From assembly GCF_006345805.1 (NCBI RefSeq), contig NC_043004.1:20832001-20896000 (forward strand): 64,000 nucleotides of DNA, written 5' to 3'. This DNA comes from Octopus sinensis (Eukaryota). Each line of letters starts with the position of its first letter. The stretch's first letter is position 1. The notes beneath the pieces are model-generated. The model saw only the letters and a program-made list of their open reading frames with translations, ran no database searches and was not told where the DNA came from. Both the position numbers and the translations under genes were made by a program. Positions 53,129 through 64,000 of this stretch are shown piece after piece.

Positions 53129-53280
53129 ATATATTTGAAAAATTGAATTGAAATGTCTTTTCTGATAATTTTTTCATTTTGATAATTAAAAATTTATCAG
53201 ATATCTTAATAAACATTTGATTATCAAAGTGAAAAAATTATCAGAAAAGCCATTTCAATTCATTTTTTTGCAAATATATA
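53129..53280. repeat. Hairpin, ~60-bp arms
   Basis: tgaattgaaatgtcttttctgataattttttcattttgataat pairs with attatcaaagtgaaaaaattatcagaaaagccatttcaattca. Confidence 0.85.
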
Positions 53281-53559
53281 ATACTGTCACACAAGGACAT
53301 TCTATTTCTTATTCTGCTATATATATAGCTCAAATTTACAAAAAACAAAAGATGAAGACAGGTGAGGGAACAACAAGCAGGTGGATGCTTAGGAAGAAGG
53401 GAAAAGTCTTTGATGTTTTGAGCCTGCTCTCTTCCACAGAAAGGGATGCAAATGAAAAAATGGAGAGAGGATGAGAAAATGGAGAGAGAGAAAAAATATG
53501 TAGGGATTAATAGTTTAACAAGATGAAATGAGAAGTGTATGCATTTTCTCACACACACA

Positions 53560-54135
53560 GCCACACATGTATATGTGTGTCTTTGCATCTGTGTTTGTTA
53601 CCCCCACCACATCTTGACAACCAGTGCTGGTGTGTTTATGTCCCCATAACTTAGTGGTTTGGCATAAGAGACCAATAGAATAAGCAAAAGGTTGATTCTC
53701 ACAGCTAAAATGCTTCAAGGTGGTACTCCAGTATGGCCACTCTCTAATGACTGGAACAAGTTAGAGATAAAAGAAAAAATATTCAATTTGATTGATTTGT
53801 TACTCTTTACTCTTTTACTCTTTTACTTGATTCAGTCATTTGAGTGTGGCCATGCTGGAGCACTGCCTTTAGTTGAGCAAATCAACCCCAAGAATTATTC
53901 TTGGTAAGCCTAGTACTTATTCTATCGGTCTTTTTTGCCAAACCGCTAAGTTACGGGGATGTAAACACACCAGCATCGGTTGTCAAGTGATGTTGAGGGG
54001 ACAAACACAGACACACAAATGTATACACACACACATACATACAGTTGAAGACACTTGCCCAAGGTGCCACGCAGTGGGACTGAACCCAGATCCATGCGGT
54101 TCGTAAGCAAGCTACTTACCACACAGCCACTCATA
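53560..54135. mobile_element. Tail-to-tail pair of family-A SINEs (+ 53560-53770; - 53800-54135)
   Basis: Both match the 9230-9640 family. Confidence 0.8.
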
Positions 54136-54615
54136 TGCTTGTTGTTTAAGTTTTTCTCATTTTAACTTTCACGTCTTTAATATTTGCAAAACTACATCAC
54201 TCAACCAAGGAATCCACAATTCAGAAAAAAATCTCAATAACAGTGACAGTGTTTTCTTAAAAACAGTTTGTTTAATACGATTATTCAGCACTATTAAACT
54301 AGTTCAGAGGATGCTGAACAACCAGGATAAATGGTCTTTTTGTAAGGAAACACTGAAGAACTCAATATATGTGTCTGTATGTGTGTGCCTGTGTGCTTGC
54401 ATCTCCGTGTGTGTGTGTTTATATTTTCCTCAGTCTAATAACATATCTGTGTTTATGTTGTTTCCCTTTGTAGCCTATAACTTCACAGTTAAAGATTGAA
54501 AAGATATATACTAAAATTAAATAAACTGGGATTGATATAACTAACTAAAATCATTTCAAGCAGTGCTCTAGCATGGCCATAGTTAAATGAGAGGAATCAG
54601 CAAAAAAGAGCAGAG

Positions 54616-54860
54616 CAGTGGTTCTCAACTGGGGGCCGTATGCCCCCCGAGGGTCAACATAAGTTTTTGTGGGGTTCACACAATAAAACAGTAAATTGGG
54701 GATTTGCAATAGTATTTAAACGTATGTATTGGTATGTATTGCAAGAAATAGCTCCTTTCTCTGACAATTTACATAGTTCAACCTACAGAAATTAATGTGC
54801 GAAAAACTAAAGAGGAATTTTGAAAGAAGTTTCTATAAAACTAATTTTTAAGCATCAAAT
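54616..54860. mobile_element. Truncated hAT MITE related to 33085-33329
   Basis: Begins with TIR cagtggttctcaactggg; second TIR not found. Confidence 0.6.
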
Positions 54861-55264
54861 GTATATGTATATATATTATTCATATAAAAATACAGTGTAC
54901 ATTTAATCACATAAGAGATGGCCATAACAGGACATCTGACTCGCTAGAAAGAGTAGTTAAACTACAAGCCACTAATAGTTGTAATTTTGAAAAGGAATGA
55001 AAAATAAAAAAAACATTTACCCTATTTTTCCTGGACTATGCATAGTTTCAAGCAATCTTTTGTAAATAAAAAAATAATTTATGATAAGGCGAAGCTCTCT
55101 TCAGCAGGAAGCCAAGGCTAACATATAAATACAAGACGATAAAGAACATGCCTCGTGTTTATATGTTATAACTTTTCAAAATCCACCATGCACGCGCGGT
55201 TTTTTTGGCAGCAGATATAAGTGCCGATTTTCCTTCAAAATTAGCTAAAATCCTTTTATCATTA

Positions 55265-55740
55265 ATTAATAAATCTTAGGGTAGCAAAAAAATTTAGAAA
55301 AATTCTTTTCTACTAGTGGTCTAGCGAGAAGGAAAAACTAGTCAATAGACTATATATTATTCATATAAAAATACAGTGTACATTTAAACATATAATAGAT
55401 AGCCATAACAGGACATCTGACTCGCTAGAAAGAGTAATTAAACTACAAACCACTAATAGTTGTAATTTTGAAAGGGAATGAAAAATAAAAAATAAAAAAT
55501 AGGAAAAAACAGGAAAAATTGGGTAAATGTTTTTTTTATTTTCCATTCCCTTTCAAAATTACAACTATTTGTGGTTTGTAGTTTAACTACTCTTTCTAGT
55601 GAGTCAGATGTCCTGTTATGGCCATCTCTTATGTGTTTAAATGTACACTGTATTTTTATATGACTAGTTTTTCTTTTTCACTAGACCACTAGTTGCAAAG
55701 AATTTTTCTAAATTTTTTTGCTACCTTAAGATTTATTAAT
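55265..55740. repeat. ~475-bp palindrome, with an extra direct copy of part of the arm at 54878-55033
   Basis: attaataaatcttagggtagc...gccataacaggacatctgactcgctagaaagag is reverse-complemented at ~55530-55740. Confidence 0.9.
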
Positions 55741-55755
55741 ATATATATATATATA

Positions 55756-56057
55756 TCACGTGATCACGTGACCGACCAGACCGTCAGATGTTGTTACACA
55801 TCGCTGGTCACAATGCGTCCGCATTGTTTTTGCCTTTGAATGACACCACCCCGCTGGCTAAGCAAGCAGGCCAACAGACGAAAGAGTGAGAGAAAGAGTG
55901 GTGAAATAGTACAGCAGGGATCACCACCCCCTGCCGGAGCGTCGTGGAGCTTTTAGGTGTTTTCGCTCAATAAACACACACAACGCCCAGTCTGGGAATC
56001 GAAACCGCGATCCTACAACCGCGAGTCCGCTGCCCTAACCACTGGGCCATTGCGCCT

Positions 56058-56060
<3 letters not shown>
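55756..56060 (-). mobile_element. Full-length tRNA-derived SINE (6406 head, third tail type)
   Basis: Head gtggaggcgcaatggcccagtggttaggg identical to 6406; tail ends tggtcggtcacgtgatcacgtga(ta)n. Confidence 0.88.
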
Positions 56061-56135
<75 letters not shown>

Positions 56136-56843
56136 TGTGTGTGTGTGTGTGGTGTGTGTGTGTATGTGTGTGTGTGTGTGTGATGGGTTTCTTTCAGTTT
56201 ACTTCTGCCAAATCCACTCACAAAAAATCTTTGGTAGGCCCAAAACATGCAATACAGTGAGACTGAACCAGGAATCATGTGGTTTGGGAAGCAAATACTT
56301 ACCACACCACCTGCACATATTACTGATTTAGTTTTAGGATTTACACTTTTGTTGTGATGTCAGGGACTTCATCAGAGGGTTCATTCAAATACTAAGGCAG
56401 GTGAATGATACTCTAGTCTAAAATGGAGATTACACTGGCTTTGAAACTTAGGAATATATGGCACATTTCTGCATTACATAACACTAGATTTCTCTGAAAA
56501 CGGTGTGGAAATATATATAACATATTTGATGTAATAAACATAGACAATAATTTTTGAGAAAGACAGTAAATGTTTTTATCGTGAAATTTTATTAATAATA
56601 TTGAAAAATTGAAATACTTTTATTTTCAATTTTGCATTTTTTAAAAATACTTACTTTTTTTTATGTTTTTTCCAGTTGTCAAAATGGAAATAAATTTTCT
56701 GATAGTTTTTTATGACAACAGCAATAGTAACAACAAAAATAATGATTTACTTAATCCACTGTTATTATTTCATTTTATTCCTTTTCACACACATGTGTGT
56801 GTGTATGTGTGTGTGTGTGTGTGTGTGTGTAGATAGATAGATG

Positions 56844-56901
<58 letters not shown>

Positions 56902-57468
56902 AAAGCATACACATACACATGCATATACATACACATAATTATACATGTATATGTATGTCTGTCTATCTAGCTAAATTTATATACACACATATACAAACAA
57001 CACACACATAAATGCACACACACAGACACACATATCACATATAATCACATTCATGCACACACACACACACGCACATTTCAGTTTTACTTCCTTGACAAAT
57101 TGAACTGGAAACCAACCACTGCTACCAAACAATGGAAAACAAACCAAAATTATAAATCAAAAACGTATTTTTTATGTAAATTCTTGTGCAAAATTTTCAA
57201 TTGATTTAATTTACTTTAGAAGAATCTTAGATATTTTCTTTGTCTATTGTCTACATTTTTGTCTGTTACAGTTTATTTATTGGGGAGTATATTTATGGGT
57301 CTTTTTTGTTAAAAATCCAAACTTCCATTGTAGCATCAGCTTAAAACAGAGAGATGCTTCACATAGTCTAAGTAAGAAATTTCGCATCTGGGATTTGGTA
57401 TCAAATCACCATTCAGTCTGACACTAATTTCCCCAATCATTAGCAGTAATTATTATTATTATTACTAC

Positions 57469-57516
<48 letters not shown>

Positions 57517-57549
57517 CATCTATTATTGCTGTTATTATTATTATCATTT

Positions 57550-59679
57550 AAGGCGGTGAGCTAGTAAAATTGTTAGTGCACCAGACGAAATGCTTAGCAG
57601 TATTTCACCTGTCGTTATGTTCTGTCTTGGAATCTTGTTGAGGTTGACTTTACCTTTTGTCCTATCGGGGCTGATAGAATAAGTACCAGCTGAACACTGG
57701 GGTTGATGTAATCGACTCATCTCTCCCAAAATTGCTGCTCTCGTGGCAAAATTTGAAACTATTATTATTATGATTATTATTATTATTATTTAACCCTTTC
57801 ATTACTGTATATATTCTGAGATACTCTGTTTCGTTTTCAATTACCTTAAATATAACCAAGAATTTAGTAAAATAACTTAGTGATCATTCAGCTAGTGTTA
57901 GGAACATAAATTGTGTCTAAGGTTTGGTGGAAGATTTTAATTCAAAACTTATGAAAAACAAGACATTTGTACTAAGAACCAGAGCCGCTTTAATGGTAAT
58001 GAAAGGGTTAAGGTGGCATGCTGGCAGAAGTGTTAGCTCACTGAGCAAAATGCTTAGCGGCATTTTGTCCACCTTCCCATTCTCGGTGCAAATCCTGCCG
58101 AGGTTAACTTTACCTTTCATCCTTTCAGGGTCAATAAATTAAATATCAGTGAAACACTGGAGTTGATGATTTTGATTAGTCCCCTTCCACCAAATTTCAG
58201 GCTTGGTGCCTTTAGTAGAAAAGATTATTGTTATTATTATTATTATCATCATTATTATAATCCTTTCTACTATAGGCACAAGCTCTGAAATTTATGGGGA
58301 GGGGAATAGTTTATTACATCAACCCCAGTATTTGACAGATACTTAATTTATCAATCCCAAAAGAATGTAAGTCAAAGTTGACCTTGATGGAATTTAAACC
58401 CAGAGTGTAAAGACAAAAATAAATGATGGTAAGCATTTTGCTTGACATGCCAATGATTCTGCCAGCTCACTGCCTTGATAATGATAATGATTATAATAAT
58501 AATAATAATAATAATAATAATCTTTTTTACTATAGGCACAAGGTCTGAAATTTGCAGGGAGAGGATAAATCGATTATATTGACCCCAGTGCTTAACTGGT
58601 GACTATTTCAATAACCGCAAACGGATGAAAGTCAACGTTAGTGGAATTAATAATAATAATCCTTTCTGTTAAAGGCATAAGGCCTGAAATTTCGGGGAAT
58701 GGGGCTAGTCAATTACATCGAACCCAATGTGTAACTGGTACTTCTTTCATTGACCCTGAAAGGATGAAAGGCAAAGTTGACCTTGGCAGAATTTGACCTC
58801 AAAACATAAAGATGGATGAAATACCACTCAGCATTTCATCTGGCATGCTAACAATTCTGCCAGCTCAATGCCTAATAATAATAATAATAATAGTAATAAT
58901 AATCCTTTCTACTATGGCCACAAGGCCTGGGATTTGTGGGGAGGAATATAGTAGATTATATCAACCCCAGTACTTGACCCTGAAAAGATGAAAGGCAAAG
59001 TTGACCTTGGTGGAATTTATACTGAGAGCATAGCAGCAGATGAAATACCACTACGCATTTTAACTAGTGTGCTACCAATTCTGCCAGCTCACCACCTAAT
59101 ATTAATCATCATCATCATTTAGCGTCTGCTTTCCATGCTGGCATGAGTTGGACGGTTCAACTGGGGTCTGGGAAGCCAGAAGGCTGCACCAGGCCCAGTC
59201 TGATCTGGAAATGTATCTACGGCTGGATGCCCTTCCTAACGCCAACCACTCCATGAGTGTAGTGGGTGTTTTTTATGTGCTACCGGCACAGGTGCCAGCC
59301 AAGGCTGGCAATGGCCACAATCAGATAGTGCTTTTTACGTGCCACCGGCATGGGGGCCAGGCGAGGCTGGCAACGGCCTCATTCGGATGGTTCCTTTATG
59401 TGCCACCGGCACTGGTAACACAGCTACAATTTCCATTGATGTTGATCGATAATAATTATTATTATTTCTATTCTAGGCACAAGGCCTTGAAAATTTTGGA
59501 GGATGGGGGCTAGTCAATAATGTTGACCCCCAGTGTGGAAATGGTACTTATTTCATCGACCCCAAAAGGATGAAAGGCAAAGTTGACCTTGATGGAATTT
59601 GAACTCAGAATTTAGCAGCAGATGAAATACAGCTAAGCATTCCACCTGGTGTGCTAATGATTCTGCCAGCTTGCCGCTT

Positions 59680-59716
<37 letters not shown>

Positions 59717-60013
59717 AATAATATAATAATAATAATAATCATAATAATAATAATAATAGTAGTTGTAGTAATAATAAGGCAGCAAGCTAGCAGAATCATT
59801 AGCATACTGCTAAGTATTTTGTCAGTCTTTATGTTCAGAGGTCAAACGCTGCTGAGGTCAACTTTACCTTCTGTCCTTTTGGGGTTGATAAAATAAGTAG
59901 CAGTTGAGCACTGGAGTTGAGGTAATCAACTAGCACCCTCCCCCACCCACCAAAATTTCAGGTTTTCTACCTTTAGTAGAAAGGATTATTGTTATTACTG
60001 GTGTTGTTGTTGC

Positions 60014-60063
<50 letters not shown>

Positions 60064-60180
60064 GCAGTATTTCATACGCCTTTACATTCTAAGTTCCAAT
60101 TCTACTCAGTAATGGGGTTGATGTGATCGACTTTCTCCCTTACACAAAATCTCAGACCTTGTGCCTATAATGGAAAGGGT
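57550..60180. mobile_element. Dense cluster of ~9 family-B SINEs in (ATT/AAT)n, both orientations
   Basis: Units at ~57550(+), 58010(+), 58260(-), 58520(-), 58660(-), 58903(-), 59465(-), 59776(+), 60062(+, partial). Confidence 0.85.
57794..58007. mobile_element. piggyBac-type MITE
   Basis: TTAA|ccctttcattac ... gtaatgaaaggg|TTAA: perfect 12-bp TIR and TTAA TSD. Confidence 0.88.
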
Positions 60181-60380
60181 TGTTGTTGTTGTTGATTTTT
60201 AAAACCAATCATTTTGTTGTGGGTAAATATATTCTACAAAGCTCTTCTGAGATGATGATTTCTTCCAAAAGTACTTGAAGGAAATTGGTTTTTGTTAGTT
60301 TTGTTTTTTACACCACTAATGCATTTTGGAAAAACGAGGAACATTCATAGATATTTCATTGTATAAGTTTGTGAACATAT

Positions 60381-60431
<51 letters not shown>

Positions 60432-60589
60432 TATATATACATATATATATAAAACCTTTCACAAACTTCCATTTTGCCTTTGTTTCTTGGTTGTTTAATA
60501 TATTTGTTCCTTCAGTAGTGGGAGGAAGAGCTAAATACAATGATTATAGCAGTGAATATGCTTGTCTAAATTTTACAGAGATAATTTAA

Positions 60590-60810
60590 CCCTTTAGCAT
60601 TTAAACTGGCCATGTCCATTCAAAGTATTCTTGCTATTTTATATTCAAACCAGCCAGATCTGGCCTCTCACACCAACCCGACAATGTAAATTTTAAAAAT
60701 AAACAGTTATATCATCAAAATCTTAAAATGACAAAAGAATGCAAGATTTATGCAAAACAGTGTGAATAAATAAGTACTGCATTTGACAGAATAATCTAAA
60801 TGCTAAAGGA
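60590..60810 (+). mobile_element. piggyBac-type MITE
   Basis: TTAA|ccctttagcattta ... taaatgctaaagga|TTAA. Confidence 0.85.
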
Positions 60811-60884
60811 TTAAACAAATAGAAAAGAAAAGCAGGAAAACTGATAATTTTATGAGCTTATTTCTCCTGAGCCTATTGATAATA

Positions 60885-61172
60885 GGCGCAGGAGTGGCTG
60901 TGTGGTAAGTAGCTTGCTTACCAACCCCATGATTCCGGGTTCATTCCCACTGCATGGCACCTTGGGCAAGTGTCTTCTACTATAGCCTCGGGCTGACCAA
61001 AGCCTTGTAAGTGGATTTGGTAGGCAGAAACTGAAAGAATCCCATCGTATATAAATATATATGTATGTGTGTGTATATGTTTGTCTGTGTTTGTCCCCTC
61101 AACATCGCTTGACAACCGATGCTGGTGTGTTTATGTCCCTGTAACTTAGCAGACTGAAACAAGTAAAAGAGT
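60885..61172 (+). mobile_element. SINE family A with internal deletion
   Basis: Head ggcgcaggagtggctgtgtggtaag; jumps from taacttagc to the tail gactgaaacaagtaaaagag. Confidence 0.85.
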
Positions 61173-61719
61173 AAGTTTTTGCCAAATTTAACTTTAACAG
61201 CTTCTCATATGCCTGTGAAAGCCACTTCTAATTTCTTAATAAATTCGAATGTTATTTTCGAAATATCATTTATCCATCAATGTTGGTTGGATTCTTGACT
61301 GTCGATGTATCATACTTGTTTGAGACTGGTTTAATATTTTACCTGAAGATGATCGGTTATATGTTATGATGTAATGTATGAATACATTATACCAGAACTA
61401 TTATTGTGATTTTAAAACCCCATTTTGGTTCTCATTTATACCTATGACACACCAAGAACTAACCCTGAGTTGGATTATTTAAATTAGATTTGGTACTGGA
61501 AGTGGATGAATTGAACTGGATTTAAACTGGATTAGGATACTACAGTATTCTACCAACACTTGATACTTTCATTGTTACTTGTCAACCTTATGTTGTTGTA
61601 CCTAGCAATTTCTGGCATCTTATGTCTTTATATGCCTAGATTCTGTTGAATCCTATAACTAATCTGTCTGTCTGTCTATATATATATATGTGTGTGAATA
61701 TACACAGGCATATATATAT

Positions 61720-62001
61720 GATACATGTTGAGGGCACCTTTTTGTTGGGGGTCATCTTTACCTTGTTATCTCCCCTACTTTCCTCCTTGTGTTTGACCTT
61801 TCTGTCTGGCACTAGTTGCCATAATAGATCGTTAGCCACTACACACATTTTTTTCTCTCCTTGTTTTTTGTGTATCCCTTTCTGTAGAAGAGCGTAGGCT
61901 CAAAACGTAAAAGACTTTTTCTATTCCTGAGCGTTATACTAATACATCTGTTTGTTTTGTACACCTCCTGTCTTCGTCTTTTGTCTTTTTCGTAAACTCT
62001 C

Positions 62002-62005
<4 letters not shown>
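61720..62005 (+). mobile_element. Probable Penelope-like terminal repeat (inverted relative at ~53330-53460)
   Basis: ccctttctgtagaagagcgtaggctcaaaacgtaaaagac is hammerhead-like and abuts (TA)n. Confidence 0.45.
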
Positions 62006-62054
<49 letters not shown>

Positions 62055-63811
62055 GAGAGTATACTGGTCCATCCTTGATCCCCATGAGGTTCCAGTAGGA
62101 GCTTCTTATCCAAACAACTATGCTTGGAGCTCTAAATTGAATATGTATACTTATGTTGTCCCATGTCTTTTGAGGATCTTTTTATGAATCATTCTGTATG
62201 TATCTTGTTTGATAAAGAAAGGATTGTTATTATTATCCTTATCATGATCAGTGGGGGCAGCAGCACTATCATCAGTTCTTGTTGTTACTTCTATTGTTGT
62301 TTTTATCATCAAGGTTGTGAATAGGGGTTTTAGGTGACTACTTAAGCAAATGGTTACTCATATTTCAGTATGTCTAAAGAGGTTACTTTCCAATCATATC
62401 GTTCACTTTCAAGACCCTACTGCCATTGCGCAACCCACTGGGCAAATGTTTTCTGCTATAGCGTGGGTCGATCAATATTAGATTGATCAATATGGAATTT
62501 ACCTGACAAAATCATTACTGTGCTGGGACAAATGTTTAGTGGCATTTCATCCATTGTTACATTCTGAATTCAAATTCTGCTGAGGTCAACTTTGCGTTTC
62601 ATCTTTTTGGGGTTGATAAAATAAGTACCAGCTAAATACTGAGGTGAATGTAATCGACCAACCTGCTCACTCAAAATTTCTGGCCTTGTGCCAAAATTTG
62701 AAACCAATATTGGCTATCGGGTTGATCAATGTATAAAGAATTTGGTAGACAGAAACTGAATTGAAACCCATGTCTACACATACACACACACATGCACGCA
62801 CACACATACACACGCACAAACTGTTTGACCTTTCTTTAAAACTATCAATTCTAATATTAAAGGGTGAGACTCATCTTCTCTTATCTGTAAAACTAATTCT
62901 ATTAAAAGAACATTTAATGTTTGCCAAGTGCATTTATTACATGTTCCACTTGGTATTTCATTCAAATTCTGAGAATTTCCTTATAAAATCTGGCATGTTC
63001 TGTTAAAAACTGTCATGATTTTTTAATTCCTGTTGCAAGTCTTTATGGAATGTAAGAAATGAGTGCAGTTTTTGCTATTGAATTTTCATACAAATGATGC
63101 AGAGGTCAAAACATTTGCAAACCTTGTTGTAGATTTGCCAAACGTTTCACTTTGCATGAAATCATTGAACTTAATAACACGAGTAAGAAGTGCAGTCAGT
63201 GGATTATAAATTGAAGCAGAAAGAGAAGGAGATGGGGATAAAGAAAGATGGAATATATAAGAAGAATGAAAGTAAAGAGTGGATTTCTATAACATCTCTG
63301 TTAACAATGTGGATAAGATTTAGGTTAACACGGATTGAGCAAACTTATGAATAAAGACAATCCAGCCATGACTATTCCAATATTTTCCAGGGTAATGTGT
63401 GAGTCCACATATACGCACACGCACACACACACATATACACGAAAAGAGAGAGAAAGAGACAGTGGGAGAGGGTGAGAGACAGACAGATAGATTAATTATA
63501 TACAGACAGATGGATTTATATACACACTGTCCAATATATCATTTCTTAAGGTAAGAGGTGGGATTTAAGAGAAGATTTGGTAATTATTTCAAGCAGATCA
63601 GACCACCATGTACAATTATCCTCATTTACTCACACATACATACACATATACATAAAATGAGAGCATGTTGTTTGAATGGGATTTGGCTTCTATTTCTAGC
63701 AAATCTACTGACTTTATAGAACGTCTTTTGTTTGTGTTTATAGAAGTTCTTTTGTAAAGAAACATGTTATTTTATGGCGATAGCCATAATTAATTATGTC
63801 CACCTTAGCAT

Positions 63812-64000
63812 ACTCTTTACTCTCTTTTACTTGTTTCAGTCATTTGACTGCGGCCATGCTGGAGCACCGCCTTTAATCGAGCAATTCGATCCCGAGACTT
63901 ATTCTTTTATAAGCCCAGTACTTATTCTATCGGTCTCTTTTGCCGAACCGCTAAGTAACGGGGACATAAACACACCAGCATCGGTTGTCAAGCAATGCTA
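63812..64000 (-). mobile_element. SINE family A, runs off the window end
   Basis: Near identical to 52068-52250. Confidence 0.88.

Noticed and set aside
57550-60180. CRISPR-like appearance of repeat arrays (also 31655-32705)
   Set aside because: Units are ~200-bp diverged SINEs in both orientations with microsatellite spacers; no cas genes; eukaryotic context
7129-62965. Many ORFs rich in YI/CV/HT/DD/NN repeats
   Set aside because: Translations of (TA)n, (TG)n, (CA)n, (GAT)n and (AAT)n microsatellites

Overview
AT-rich, repeat-saturated eukaryotic DNA, not prokaryotic. The SINE, LINE and microsatellite content closely resembles an Octopus (coleoid cephalopod) intronic or intergenic region; this assignment is inferred from recalled repeat families, not from a search. 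I can support no intact host gene, tRNA/rRNA gene or CRISPR array, and most listed ORFs are translations of (TA)n/(TG)n/(CAT)n microsatellites or SINEs. Supported content: two decayed Ty3/Gypsy elements, two near-full-length decayed mariners in opposite orientation, Tc1/mariner deletion derivatives, hAT and piggyBac MITEs with TSDs, non-autonomous Helitrons, RTE, CR1 and R4/Dong LINE 3' ends, probable Penelope-like remnants with decayed hammerhead-like cores, and several tRNA-derived SINE families, some in dense (ATT)n-spaced clusters. The most unusual structures are a ~1.5-1.8 kb inverted duplication (27454-29219), a ~475-bp palindrome with an extra direct copy (54878-55740), recurrent (TA)n-flanked hairpins and modular tail-swapped SINEs. 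I found no convincing novel biological system.
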